Positions 47,288 through 54,986 of a DNA stretch of 64,000 nt are shown here, piece by piece; the first letter of the stretch is position 1; each line of letters starts with the position of its first letter. The notes under the pieces are model-generated. The model saw nothing but the letters and a program-made list of their open reading frames with translations. It had not been told where the DNA came from and did no database searches. Location: sequence record MZ475893.1; one strand, given 5' to 3'. The position numbers and the translations under genes were made by a program.

Positions 47288-47308
47288 CCCTTATCTGAGG
47301 AGATAAAC

Positions 47309-50300
47309 ATGTCCGAGAACAATCAAAGCGGAGCTACTCGCTTCGGCACAGAAGTGCAGGCCGGCATCGCAGAAGCGCAACGCCGTGCTAACTCTGCTGA
47401 GAGTGGCAAGCTGAACAAATGCACGATCATCGTGCTGACTTCGATTGACGCCAACCAGCGTTACTCTTATCTGTCCGCAGACGAACAACTGCGCGAAGAA
47501 CTGGTGCGCGGTAAAGTAATCAACCGTCTGCCTGACCTGTTAGAGCGTGCTGGTGGTAATACCGCTGCTGACAATAACAGCGCGTTCCACATCCTGCACC
47601 CAAACAACGGCGTGCCTACCTCGATCGATGCTCGCATCAAAGTGGGCGAAGGCAATGCGGTCATTCTGTCGTATACTGTAAACAAAGCAGTGACAGAGAT
47701 GCACGGTAGCTTATCGCTTGCTCTGTTTGCATCTGGCGCCGAAGACTTAAATGATCTCGCCGCTGATTTCGGTATTCACGCAATTGCGATTGTTGAAGAA
47801 TCGAAAGCCGCTGAGTTCATCAAAGGACTTGAAGCTCAGGTGGAAGCGTTGAATATTGTAAATCTCACTAGCATTGATGATTCTAACGATTCGTTAGACC
47901 TGCCAGTGATTGACTTCGCTGCATTAGCGGGCAATCCTACAACAGTGCTTACGGGTGCTGTGCGTACCTTCATCATGCAATCAATCAGCGGCGAAGTCTT
48001 CGCTGCAATCCCTAATAACGGAGAACTGAACGTGAAAAACGATAACGTGGCTCAGCCTGCTGACCTGGAAGAAGACTTCGACAACAATGATGAGATTGTT
48101 GATCAGAACGGCGGCGAAGGCGAAGTTACTGGCGAAGAGCTGCTGGGCTACAAAGCAGAAAATCTTTCGCTCGACCAAATGCGTAGTGCGCTTGAAGCGA
48201 TCAACTACGACCTGTCTGAAATGACGGAAGAAGCCATCCGTGAAGCGTTCGAAACTGAACAGAACCTTTACCTGGGTGGCGGCGATGATGAATCTTCCGA
48301 AGAAGAGGAAGATGAAGACGCCGCTGATGTTGACAGCGACGAAGAAGAAGAGGAAGAAGACGAGGAGTTCGATGCTCCTGCGTATCTGGCTCAAGCGCTC
48401 GCTGCTGAAAACTTCAGCCGTAGCGATCTGAAACTGCTGGTCAAGTCGCAAGACCTGAAAGTTATGAAGAACGACACTCCTGAAACTCTGGTGCAGAAGC
48501 TGCTGGACCTGGTGCAGGACGCATCGTCTGATGAAGTGTTCGAACTGATCACTGTGTTCGTTGAACTGCTGGACGAGCACGGCGTTGAGTGTGACGCGCT
48601 GCGTGCTACCATCGCTGAGGATGAAAGCGATGAAGACGAAGAAGAGGACGGCGAAGACGAAGACGAAGACGCCGATGAAGATGGCGACGACGAAGAAGAG
48701 GAAGATGAAGAGGAGTCTGATGAAGACGAATCTGAAACCGAATCTGACGACGAACCCGCAACGCTGTTTTCTGCCTCTGACGTTACTGATCCTCTCGACT
48801 ACTTCCAGTTCGAAGGTGGTGACCTGACTCACGAACAACGCGCCGCTGCCGTACAGGCGATGGGTTCAAGCACTGTTGGTCTGAACATCGTTCAGGTCAT
48901 GAAAGCGTTCAATCAAATCCGTTCACAGTCTAACGCGATTGACATTGCCGCTGATGAAGCCGACTCTGCGCTGTACGACATGCTGACTGCGCTGCCGTAT
49001 GCAACGCTGCTGAGCTTCGCTCAAGAGATTGAGCTGGACGTTGATGGCGAAGAGTCTGCCGAAGATCTCGTCACTCTGCTGATGGACGAATCTACTGCCG
49101 ACAGCGATACGCTGAAAGCGCTGGCGTATGTGTTCGAAACCTACGGCGGCCTGGGTGTTGAAGCAGATGATATCCTGCTGATGGACTGGCATGAAGCGCT
49201 GGCGCTGGTTATTCCTGTGTATGCATCGTCAGACGAAGTTGAGTCTGATGCAGAAGAAGACGAAGACGAAGACGTTATCGCCGATGAAGATTCGTCTAAC
49301 GCTAACCTGAAGTTCCTGAAATCTGTTGACGTCAACAATCCTGTCGGCCCGATGCTTGAAGTTGATATGGACCGCACTCTGGTTATCAACTACACCTTCA
49401 CTGACGGTAACACTTACCGCGATGTGCAAGATGAGCTGGCTGATATCGGTGGCGTTAACTACCGCTTCCCGTTCAATCTGGGCAAAGCTGGTAAAGCAAA
49501 CAAGAGCAGTGCGCCTGGTAGCCTGATTGCTCCTGCTGAACATCTGATCGCAATGTTAGACCGCGCCGGTACTACCCGCTTCTTAGCTGACCCGAACACC
49601 TTCGATGTTGGTGTGTGGGCAGAATCTCTGGAGCGTATGCTGAACGCAGAAATCTCTAACAACCTGTACGCTGGTCGCATTGAAGATGGCGCTGACCCGC
49701 AGCAAGCTGGCATCGTAGTCGGTGACTTCATCGATGAAGACGAGCAAGCAGAAGTTGCTGACCTCGGCCTGCTGGATGAAGATGAGCTGGAAGCGTACAC
49801 TGGTGATCATCTGCCGATTGCAAGCCTGTACAATGCGCAAGCCCGCGTACGTCCAGTCAACGTCGATAGCTCTTACGTTGCACTGAGCACCGTAGTGCTG
49901 AACGTTGCAGTCCCTGGCTTCTGGTGTGACTCTGATGTTGGCCGTCTGGTGCAAGCGTGTGTTAATCGCGTAATCAGCCTGGCGGAAAGCGTTGAAGGCA
50001 TCAAAGTGTATGCAGGCTTCACTCTGGAATCTGCTGCGCTGCTGAACAACGGTCGCCTGTACGAAGTTGTTGGTGCGCTGCGTGAGATGGACGGTGTGCA
50101 GTCTTACTCTGCCGCAGACGCTGCTAACTTCTCAGAAGCGGAAGACATTATCGAAGTAGCGTCTTCTATCGATGATCGTGACCTGCCGTTCACTGTACTG
50201 GCAAGCGGCCTGTCTGGCGCAACGTTTGAAAACGGCGGTGACCTGACCGTGCTGGTTCCGTGCTCTGTCTTCGACGAAGAAGAAGATGAGTCCGAAGAGG

Positions 50301-50326
50301 ACGAGTCAGAAGAAGACGAAGAGTAA
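47309..50326 (+). CDS. 1005-aa extremely acidic protein with about three HeH-like repeats
   Basis: SD hairpin TTATCT-GAGG-AGATAA; several Asp/Glu tracts; strong codon bias. Confidence 0.9.
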   Translation: MSENNQSGATRFGTEVQAGIAEAQRRANSAESGKLNKCTIIVLTSIDANQRYSYLSADEQLREELVRGKVINRLPDLLERAGGNTAADNNSAFHILHPNNGVPTSIDARIKVGEGNAVILSYTVNKAVTEMHGSLSLALFASGAEDLNDLAADFGIHAIAIVEESKAAEFIKGLEAQVEALNIVNLTSIDDSNDSLDLPVIDFAALAGNPTTVLTGAVRTFIMQSISGEVFAAIPNNGELNVKNDNVAQPADLEEDFDNNDEIVDQNGGEGEVTGEELLGYKAENLSLDQMRSALEAINYDLSEMTEEAIREAFETEQNLYLGGGDDESSEEEEDEDAADVDSDEEEEEEDEEFDAPAYLAQALAAENFSRSDLKLLVKSQDLKVMKNDTPETLVQKLLDLVQDASSDEVFELITVFVELLDEHGVECDALRATIAEDESDEDEEEDGEDEDEDADEDGDDEEEEDEEESDEDESETESDDEPATLFSASDVTDPLDYFQFEGGDLTHEQRAAAVQAMGSSTVGLNIVQVMKAFNQIRSQSNAIDIAADEADSALYDMLTALPYATLLSFAQEIELDVDGEESAEDLVTLLMDESTADSDTLKALAYVFETYGGLGVEADDILLMDWHEALALVIPVYASSDEVESDAEEDEDEDVIADEDSSNANLKFLKSVDVNNPVGPMLEVDMDRTLVINYTFTDGNTYRDVQDELADIGGVNYRFPFNLGKAGKANKSSAPGSLIAPAEHLIAMLDRAGTTRFLADPNTFDVGVWAESLERMLNAEISNNLYAGRIEDGADPQQAGIVVGDFIDEDEQAEVADLGLLDEDELEAYTGDHLPIASLYNAQARVRPVNVDSSYVALSTVVLNVAVPGFWCDSDVGRLVQACVNRVISLAESVEGIKVYAGFTLESAALLNNGRLYEVVGALREMDGVQSYSAADAANFSEAEDIIEVASSIDDRDLPFTVLASGLSGATFENGGDLTVLVPCSVFDEEEDESEEDESEEDEE

Positions 50327-50332
50327 TTGACA

Positions 50333-50352
50333 TGCGGTCCTTCGGGGCCGCA
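50333..50352 (+). terminator. UUCG hairpin, identical core to 2720-2737
   Basis: TGCGGTCC-TTCG-GGGCCGCA. Confidence 0.5.
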
Positions 50353-50377
50353 ATCTTTCTCAACAGGAACTGTCTAA

Positions 50378-51199
50378 ATGTCAGAACAAGTTGACCACGC
50401 AACTAACATCATTAAGATGGTTAGTGACCGTGATGCTAAGATTAGCGAGCTGTCTGTTACGGCAAACGAGCTGCAAGGTCAGGTGAATGACTATGCTGCC
50501 GAACTCGCCGCATCTGCTGTGCGTGAAACTGCATTGCGTTTGAAGCTACGTTCTCAAGAGCGCCAGACGAATACCGATTTAGTTCGTCTGGAAACTCGCA
50601 CGAAAGAGTTGGTGGATATTTCAAACACTCAGATGGCCGAAAGTAACGAGCTTAAAGCACGCGTTGAAGAAATGAACGCTAAGCTGGCGCAAGTTGACCC
50701 GATGCCGTTCGTGCTGCATCTGGTTGCTGTGCAAGCCGCATCTGTGTTCTCGTACATGGTGCAGTCGTTTGCTCATGCTCATGTTAACCAGCGCACAAAC
50801 GATACCACACGCACACTCAGTGCTCTGATGGTAGGCGAGACAGCGCGGCGTTATCAGTCTTTCGAAAAGACCATCGCTCGCTACTGCAACTCGATTGGCG
50901 CTGAACGTCCGAAAGCAAATGATGTGCGTAACGCTTTCCCTGACTTCATGCGTAATGAAGCTGATTTATTCTGTAAAGACCCGAAGTACAGTCACGATTG
51001 CATGGCGTTAGCTGCTATGCTTAATCTGCCTCGTACATCGTGGATGTATCGAAAGTCTCTGGACGCCGTAAACCACTTCGCGTGGATTGCAGCTTTCGAA
51101 GGCAGTCCTCAAGAGTTTGAGTCAGATTCAGATTACAACGAATTATACGTTAACTCGCTTATCGATATTGCAAGCGCGTTAATCGGGCAAAACTTTTAA
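50378..51199 (+). CDS. coiled-coil hypothetical protein
   Basis: Heptad-rich N-terminal half. Confidence 0.8.
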   Translation: MSEQVDHATNIIKMVSDRDAKISELSVTANELQGQVNDYAAELAASAVRETALRLKLRSQERQTNTDLVRLETRTKELVDISNTQMAESNELKARVEEMNAKLAQVDPMPFVLHLVAVQAASVFSYMVQSFAHAHVNQRTNDTTRTLSALMVGETARRYQSFEKTIARYCNSIGAERPKANDVRNAFPDFMRNEADLFCKDPKYSHDCMALAAMLNLPRTSWMYRKSLDAVNHFAWIAAFEGSPQEFESDSDYNELYVNSLIDIASALIGQNF

Positions 51200-51224
51200 T
51201 CTGTAAAACTTCCCTGTGATTTAT

Positions 51225-51244
51225 TCTGTAAACACTAATTGAAG
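51225..51244 (+). promoter_or_regulatory. TCTGTAAACA(C/T)TAATTGAAG element, copy 1
   Basis: 19/20 identical to 51939-51958; both precede codon-biased genes. Confidence 0.5.
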
Positions 51245-51294
51245 TTCGCAACGGGCAAAAGCCCAAATCGAAAAATTAACGGAGTTCCACTACA

Positions 51295-51864
51295 ATGGCA
51301 AAAGCTACTAAGTCAACTAACCTGGTTCCTACCCTGGTTTCTCGCATCGCTAAAAAGTCTGGCTCTATCGGTACTTCGAAAGCAAAAGCAACTGACCTGC
51401 CGCATGACATTCTGATCGAATCTCAGCACGTTGTCGAAATCATCGGTTATATCACTGACCGTTCTGCGAACCACGTTACTCTGCGTCACAAAAAAGGCCA
51501 CGGTTCTTCTTCTCAGATCGTTTCAACCTTCGGCCCGGGTCAACTGCTGACCGTTCTGGGTGAAGCCGGTTCACACGGTTCTGTGCGTGCGCTGATTACT
51601 GCTCCGGTCTGCGAACTGAAAGGCTTCACCATTAAGTATGACGGCGATACCATCATCGCTACTTCTATCGAAACTGGCGAAGTGATTCACGTTAACACCC
51701 AGCTGGCCGGTCACACCGTTCGCGCTACTGTGAACGAAACTGCCGCCGCTAAGAAATACGGCACGCCTGCTCCAGGCAAAGGCAAGAAAGATGCTAAGCC
51801 TGCTAAAGCAGACAAAGCAGCGAAAGGCGGTAAGAAAAAGAAAGGTAGCGACGAAGACTTTTAA
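51295..51864 (+). CDS. abundant basic protein with Lys/Ala tail ending SDEDF
   Basis: GGAG RBS; strong codon bias. Confidence 0.9.
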   Translation: MAKATKSTNLVPTLVSRIAKKSGSIGTSKAKATDLPHDILIESQHVVEIIGYITDRSANHVTLRHKKGHGSSSQIVSTFGPGQLLTVLGEAGSHGSVRALITAPVCELKGFTIKYDGDTIIATSIETGEVIHVNTQLAGHTVRATVNETAAAKKYGTPAPGKGKKDAKPAKADKAAKGGKKKKGSDEDF

Positions 51865-51897
51865 TCGCTGATCTGAAAATCTGTAAAAACTGATTAT

Positions 51898-51927
51898 GCA
51901 GAGCAACAAAAAATAAAGTTGCTCTGC
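51898..51927 (+). repeat. perfect 10-bp inverted repeat with A-rich loop
   Basis: GCAGAGCAAC-AAAAAATAAA-GTTGCTCTGC. Confidence 0.8.
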
Positions 51928-51938
51928 CGTTAAACGAA

Positions 51939-51958
51939 TCTGTAAACATTAATTGAAG
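51939..51958 (+). promoter_or_regulatory. TCTGTAAACA(C/T)TAATTGAAG element, copy 2
   Basis: See copy 1. Confidence 0.5.
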
Positions 51959-51994
51959 CAAGTCGCTTCTCATCCCATACAGGAAATAAAAACC

Positions 51995-52786
51995 ATGGCT
52001 AAATCTGCTAAAGTAACCGTAACCGTCGCACAGAAAGTTCTGGCTCAGATGCTGGGTGTTGTTGTAGCGAACGCAAGCGAGAAAGAACTCGTTGCGATTC
52101 TGTCTGACCTGGGCCTGACTGTTGCTGCGAAAGGTAAAGGTGCTAAAGCTGAGAAAGCTGCGAAAGGCGGCAAGAAAGCTAAAGCCGCTACCGTTGCTCA
52201 GATCGTTAAGGCCGTTGAAGAAGAGGAAGCTATCTCCCTCGACGGCGTAAGTGAAGATGACCTGCGTGCTGCGGTCATCAAAGCTAAGCTGGCTAAGGCC
52301 AACAAAGCTAAAGCGCTGGACGAAGAGGAGTTGACTGAACTCCTGACCGACGCAATGGGTGCCGAGTCTGATGAAGACGAGGAAGAGGAAGAGGACGAAG
52401 AAGAAGAAGAGGACGAAGACGACTCGGACGACGAAGACGAAGATGAAGACGACGAGGACTCAGATGATGAAGATGAGGACGAAGACGACGAAGATTCGGA
52501 CGACGAAGACGAGGACGAAGATGATGAGGACGAAGACGAAGACGAGGATGAAGATGAGGACGAAGATGAAGATCTCGACCTCGACGGCCTCGACGAAGAC
52601 GAACTCCGCGCCCTCGTGATCGACAACAAGCTGGCCACTAAGGCCAAAGCTAAAAAGATGGACGAAGACGAACTTCGTGAACTGTGTGAATCCCACTTCG
52701 GCGGCGACGATGAAGACGAAGACGAAGATGAGGACGAAGACGATGAAGACTTCGACGACGAAGACGAAGACGAAGACGACGAATAA
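51995..52786 (+). CDS. Lys/Ala N-terminus, two HeH-like repeats and very long Asp/Glu tracts
   Basis: AGGA RBS; LDGVSEDDLR.. and LDGLDEDELR.. repeats. Confidence 0.9.
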   Translation: MAKSAKVTVTVAQKVLAQMLGVVVANASEKELVAILSDLGLTVAAKGKGAKAEKAAKGGKKAKAATVAQIVKAVEEEEAISLDGVSEDDLRAAVIKAKLAKANKAKALDEEELTELLTDAMGAESDEDEEEEEDEEEEEDEDDSDDEDEDEDDEDSDDEDEDEDDEDSDDEDEDEDDEDEDEDEDEDEDEDEDLDLDGLDEDELRALVIDNKLATKAKAKKMDEDELRELCESHFGGDDEDEDEDEDEDDEDFDDEDEDEDDE

Positions 52787-52801
52787 GTCCTGATCTGCCG
52801 C

Positions 52802-52836
52802 TGCCCTGCAAGACTAATGAGTGTCTGCGCAGGGCA
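52802..52836 (+). terminator. hairpin after stop
   Basis: TGCCCTGC/GCAGGGCA outer and AGAC/GTCT inner stems. Confidence 0.45.
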
Positions 52837-52999
52837 AGAAATATTCGAAAAATAGTTCGAATTATTTCGCAAAAAGTTTGAAAAATTCCTGTCGTTGTTT
52901 ATTGCACATAGTAATATTCGACTACAGGAATTAAACCTGAAAAATTTTACTTTTATCCAACGCGACGAGTCGCACACAATAAATTCACGGAGTATTACG

Positions 53000-53512
53000 A
53001 TGACTAAGAAAATCATTTCTGGCCTGAACAAAAACCTGAAAGCTATCGCTAAATCAGAAGCTGCCCTGGCCAAAACTGTTGTTGCTACCAACAAAGAGAT
53101 CGAAAACCTGGGTTCACAGCGTGCTGGTATCGAAGCGCAGATCGCTGAACTGTCTGGTGTTGCTGCTCCTGCCAAAGCTGATAAAAAAGCTAAAGGCGCC
53201 AAAGCTGAAAAAGCGGCCAAGCCTGCTAAAGCTGAAAAAGCAGCTAAAGCAGGTAAGAAAGAAAAAGCTGCTAAAGCTGAAAAGCCTGCCAAAGCTGATA
53301 AAAAAGCGAAAGGCGCCAAAGCTGAAAAAGCTGCTAAGCCTGCTAAAGCAGACAAAGCTGGCAAGAAAGAAAAAGCTGCTACCAAGCCTGCTAAAGCTGA
53401 TAAAAAAGCGAAAGGCGCCAAGGCCGACAAAGCTGCTAAAGGCGGTAAAGCTGACAAAGCCGGTAAGAAAAAGAAAGCGCAGTCTGATGACTTCGAATTC
53501 GAAATGGAATAA
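53000..53512 (+). CDS. histone H1/AlgP-like Lys-Ala-Pro repeat protein with N-terminal coiled coil
   Basis: GGAG RBS; three imperfect copies of PAKADKKAKGAKA(E/D)KAAK; ends SDDFEFEME. Confidence 0.88.
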   Translation: MTKKIISGLNKNLKAIAKSEAALAKTVVATNKEIENLGSQRAGIEAQIAELSGVAAPAKADKKAKGAKAEKAAKPAKAEKAAKAGKKEKAAKAEKPAKADKKAKGAKAEKAAKPAKADKAGKKEKAATKPAKADKKAKGAKADKAAKGGKADKAGKKKKAQSDDFEFEME

Positions 53513-53544
53513 GCAAGCGGTCGCATAGCGCGATAACTTGATCG

Positions 53545-53577
53545 AGAGGGCAGCGCTGACGGGCGTTTGCCCTCTTG
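53545..53577 (+). terminator. hairpin/terminator
   Basis: AGAGGGCAGCGCT-GACG-GGCGTTTGCCCTCT. Confidence 0.55.
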
Positions 53578-53609
53578 TCGTATCTATCTCATTTTCGAGG
53601 CTCTTTAAA

Positions 53610-54095
53610 ATGTCCAAACAAGAAGTATTCAACAGGCTTGATGATCTTCACTCCAAAGAACGTGAACGTATCAAACAAGCCAAGCAAGGTCCCTCCTATT
53701 TCGAACTGACGAACCTGCGTATTGAAGCAGCCGCTCGTCTCGCTCGTGCTCTCCAAACTCTCAAAGCCGCAAACGTTGTTGGTAACGTTGAAGGTGTCTC
53801 TCTGCAGGAAGATGCGCTTGAAGTCGCTCAAGCCTACTGGACTGCTATCTTAGATGGCTTAACCCCTGTAGTAGTTGATGGCTCGCCTATGCGCAAGCTG
53901 CTTGATGGTATGCCTGCATGTATCGAAGCGTTCCGTGTTGTCGTAATGGAAAGCGCTATGCGGGAACATCTGGTCGTTCAATGCAATGCGATTGCAGATG
54001 ACATTAAGGGTTTCCCTCAACTGACTGGGCATGTTCTGCCTACTGTTCAACACACCTGCGAAGAGGGGTGCAACTGTGGCTCAATCACTGAGTGA
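53610..54095 (+). CDS. hypothetical protein
   Basis: GAGG RBS. Confidence 0.75.
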   Translation: MSKQEVFNRLDDLHSKERERIKQAKQGPSYFELTNLRIEAAARLARALQTLKAANVVGNVEGVSLQEDALEVAQAYWTAILDGLTPVVVDGSPMRKLLDGMPACIEAFRVVVMESAMREHLVVQCNAIADDIKGFPQLTGHVLPTVQHTCEEGCNCGSITE

Positions 54096-54846
54096 GAAGA
54101 TTAACCGTTACTTCAATCTGATGGAGGACATCCGCGCTGAGATGTTCCGTGTAATTGACGTATCTGACCGTTACTTCGGTATCGTTAGTTTCAACACTAA
54201 CATGCAGGCACTGCAAACCACACTGGTGAGCAGGTCCACCCTGATGGAAGTTAAGCTGCTTGAGGGTATCAAAGGAGCGGAGCTGATTGCGTTTGGCAAT
54301 ATGGTTCACACCGTAGAGCAATGGGTTGCTGGTGGCATGAAGGGCGCTTTCCCTATCGAGCAGACCAAAGACGTGTATGCCAAATATCGCGCTGCTACCT
54401 CAGATGAACCACAGGCACAAAGTGAACCTGAGCCTGCTAATGCACCGCAGACTGATGCAGATGTGTTAGACCCCCAAGAGCTGGACAATATCAAGGTTCA
54501 ACTTCTATCCTTCGATGACTCTGAACTGATCGACCATGCCGCTCAGTTTAAACTCGGCACTCGTACACGCCTGCGTTGCATGGGCCGTGACGACCTGCTG
54601 GACATGCTGTTTGACCATCATGGTATCTATGCAGAAAACGACCAGCGCCGCAATGAAAGTGTTGCAGACTGGTTAGAGCGTATACCTCTTGATGATGCTC
54701 TCCGCGAAGTCGACCGCATAGATGATAGCAGTGTACTTGATCACGTTGCGGACGCTATGAGCGTTATGTCGGGTGTCAATGACGCTGTGACGCGAGCGCG
54801 TATAAAGCAGTCGCTGAAAGAGCTACACACTAAGCCTGCTCAGTAA
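54076..54846 (+). CDS. hypothetical protein with HeH-like motif
   Basis: GAGGGG RBS before GTG; LLSFDDSELIDHAAQFKLGTRTRLRCMGRDDLLDML. Confidence 0.75.
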   Translation: MAQSLSEKINRYFNLMEDIRAEMFRVIDVSDRYFGIVSFNTNMQALQTTLVSRSTLMEVKLLEGIKGAELIAFGNMVHTVEQWVAGGMKGAFPIEQTKDVYAKYRAATSDEPQAQSEPEPANAPQTDADVLDPQELDNIKVQLLSFDDSELIDHAAQFKLGTRTRLRCMGRDDLLDMLFDHHGIYAENDQRRNESVADWLERIPLDDALREVDRIDDSSVLDHVADAMSVMSGVNDAVTRARIKQSLKELHTKPAQ

Positions 54847-54861
54847 GTCAAATTTGTCTCG

Positions 54862-54915
54862 ACACTAAGCTGGACAGATCGTGGGTAGCGTCTGACGCTC
54901 TGCCTATGTTATAAT
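54862..54915 (+). promoter_or_regulatory. box promoter P12 (topoisomerase operon)
   Basis: ACACTAAGCTGGACAGATC-29 nt-TATAAT with TG extension. Confidence 0.75.
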
Positions 54916-54986
54916 ACATATAGGACAAGTAGTGTCTGAATATGCTAATATCGAGTGGTCAACGCTACTCATTAGGAGAAACGAAA

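Noticed and set aside
42213-50402. Minus-strand ORFs such as 42213-42866, 43038-43415 and 47981-48838
   Set aside because: Phe/Val/Ser-rich reverse-complement artefacts of low-complexity + strand genes
52370-52790. GACGAAGA-type tandem repeats as a CRISPR array or satellite
   Set aside because: Irregular period, no unique spacers, fully explained by Asp/Glu codons
52198-53526. 442-aa minus-strand poly-Ser/Ala-Leu ORF (also 53114-53632 and 52460-52696)
   Set aside because: Antisense shadow of the GAA/GAC and AAA/GCT repeats in the + strand acidic and histone-like genes; no independent signals
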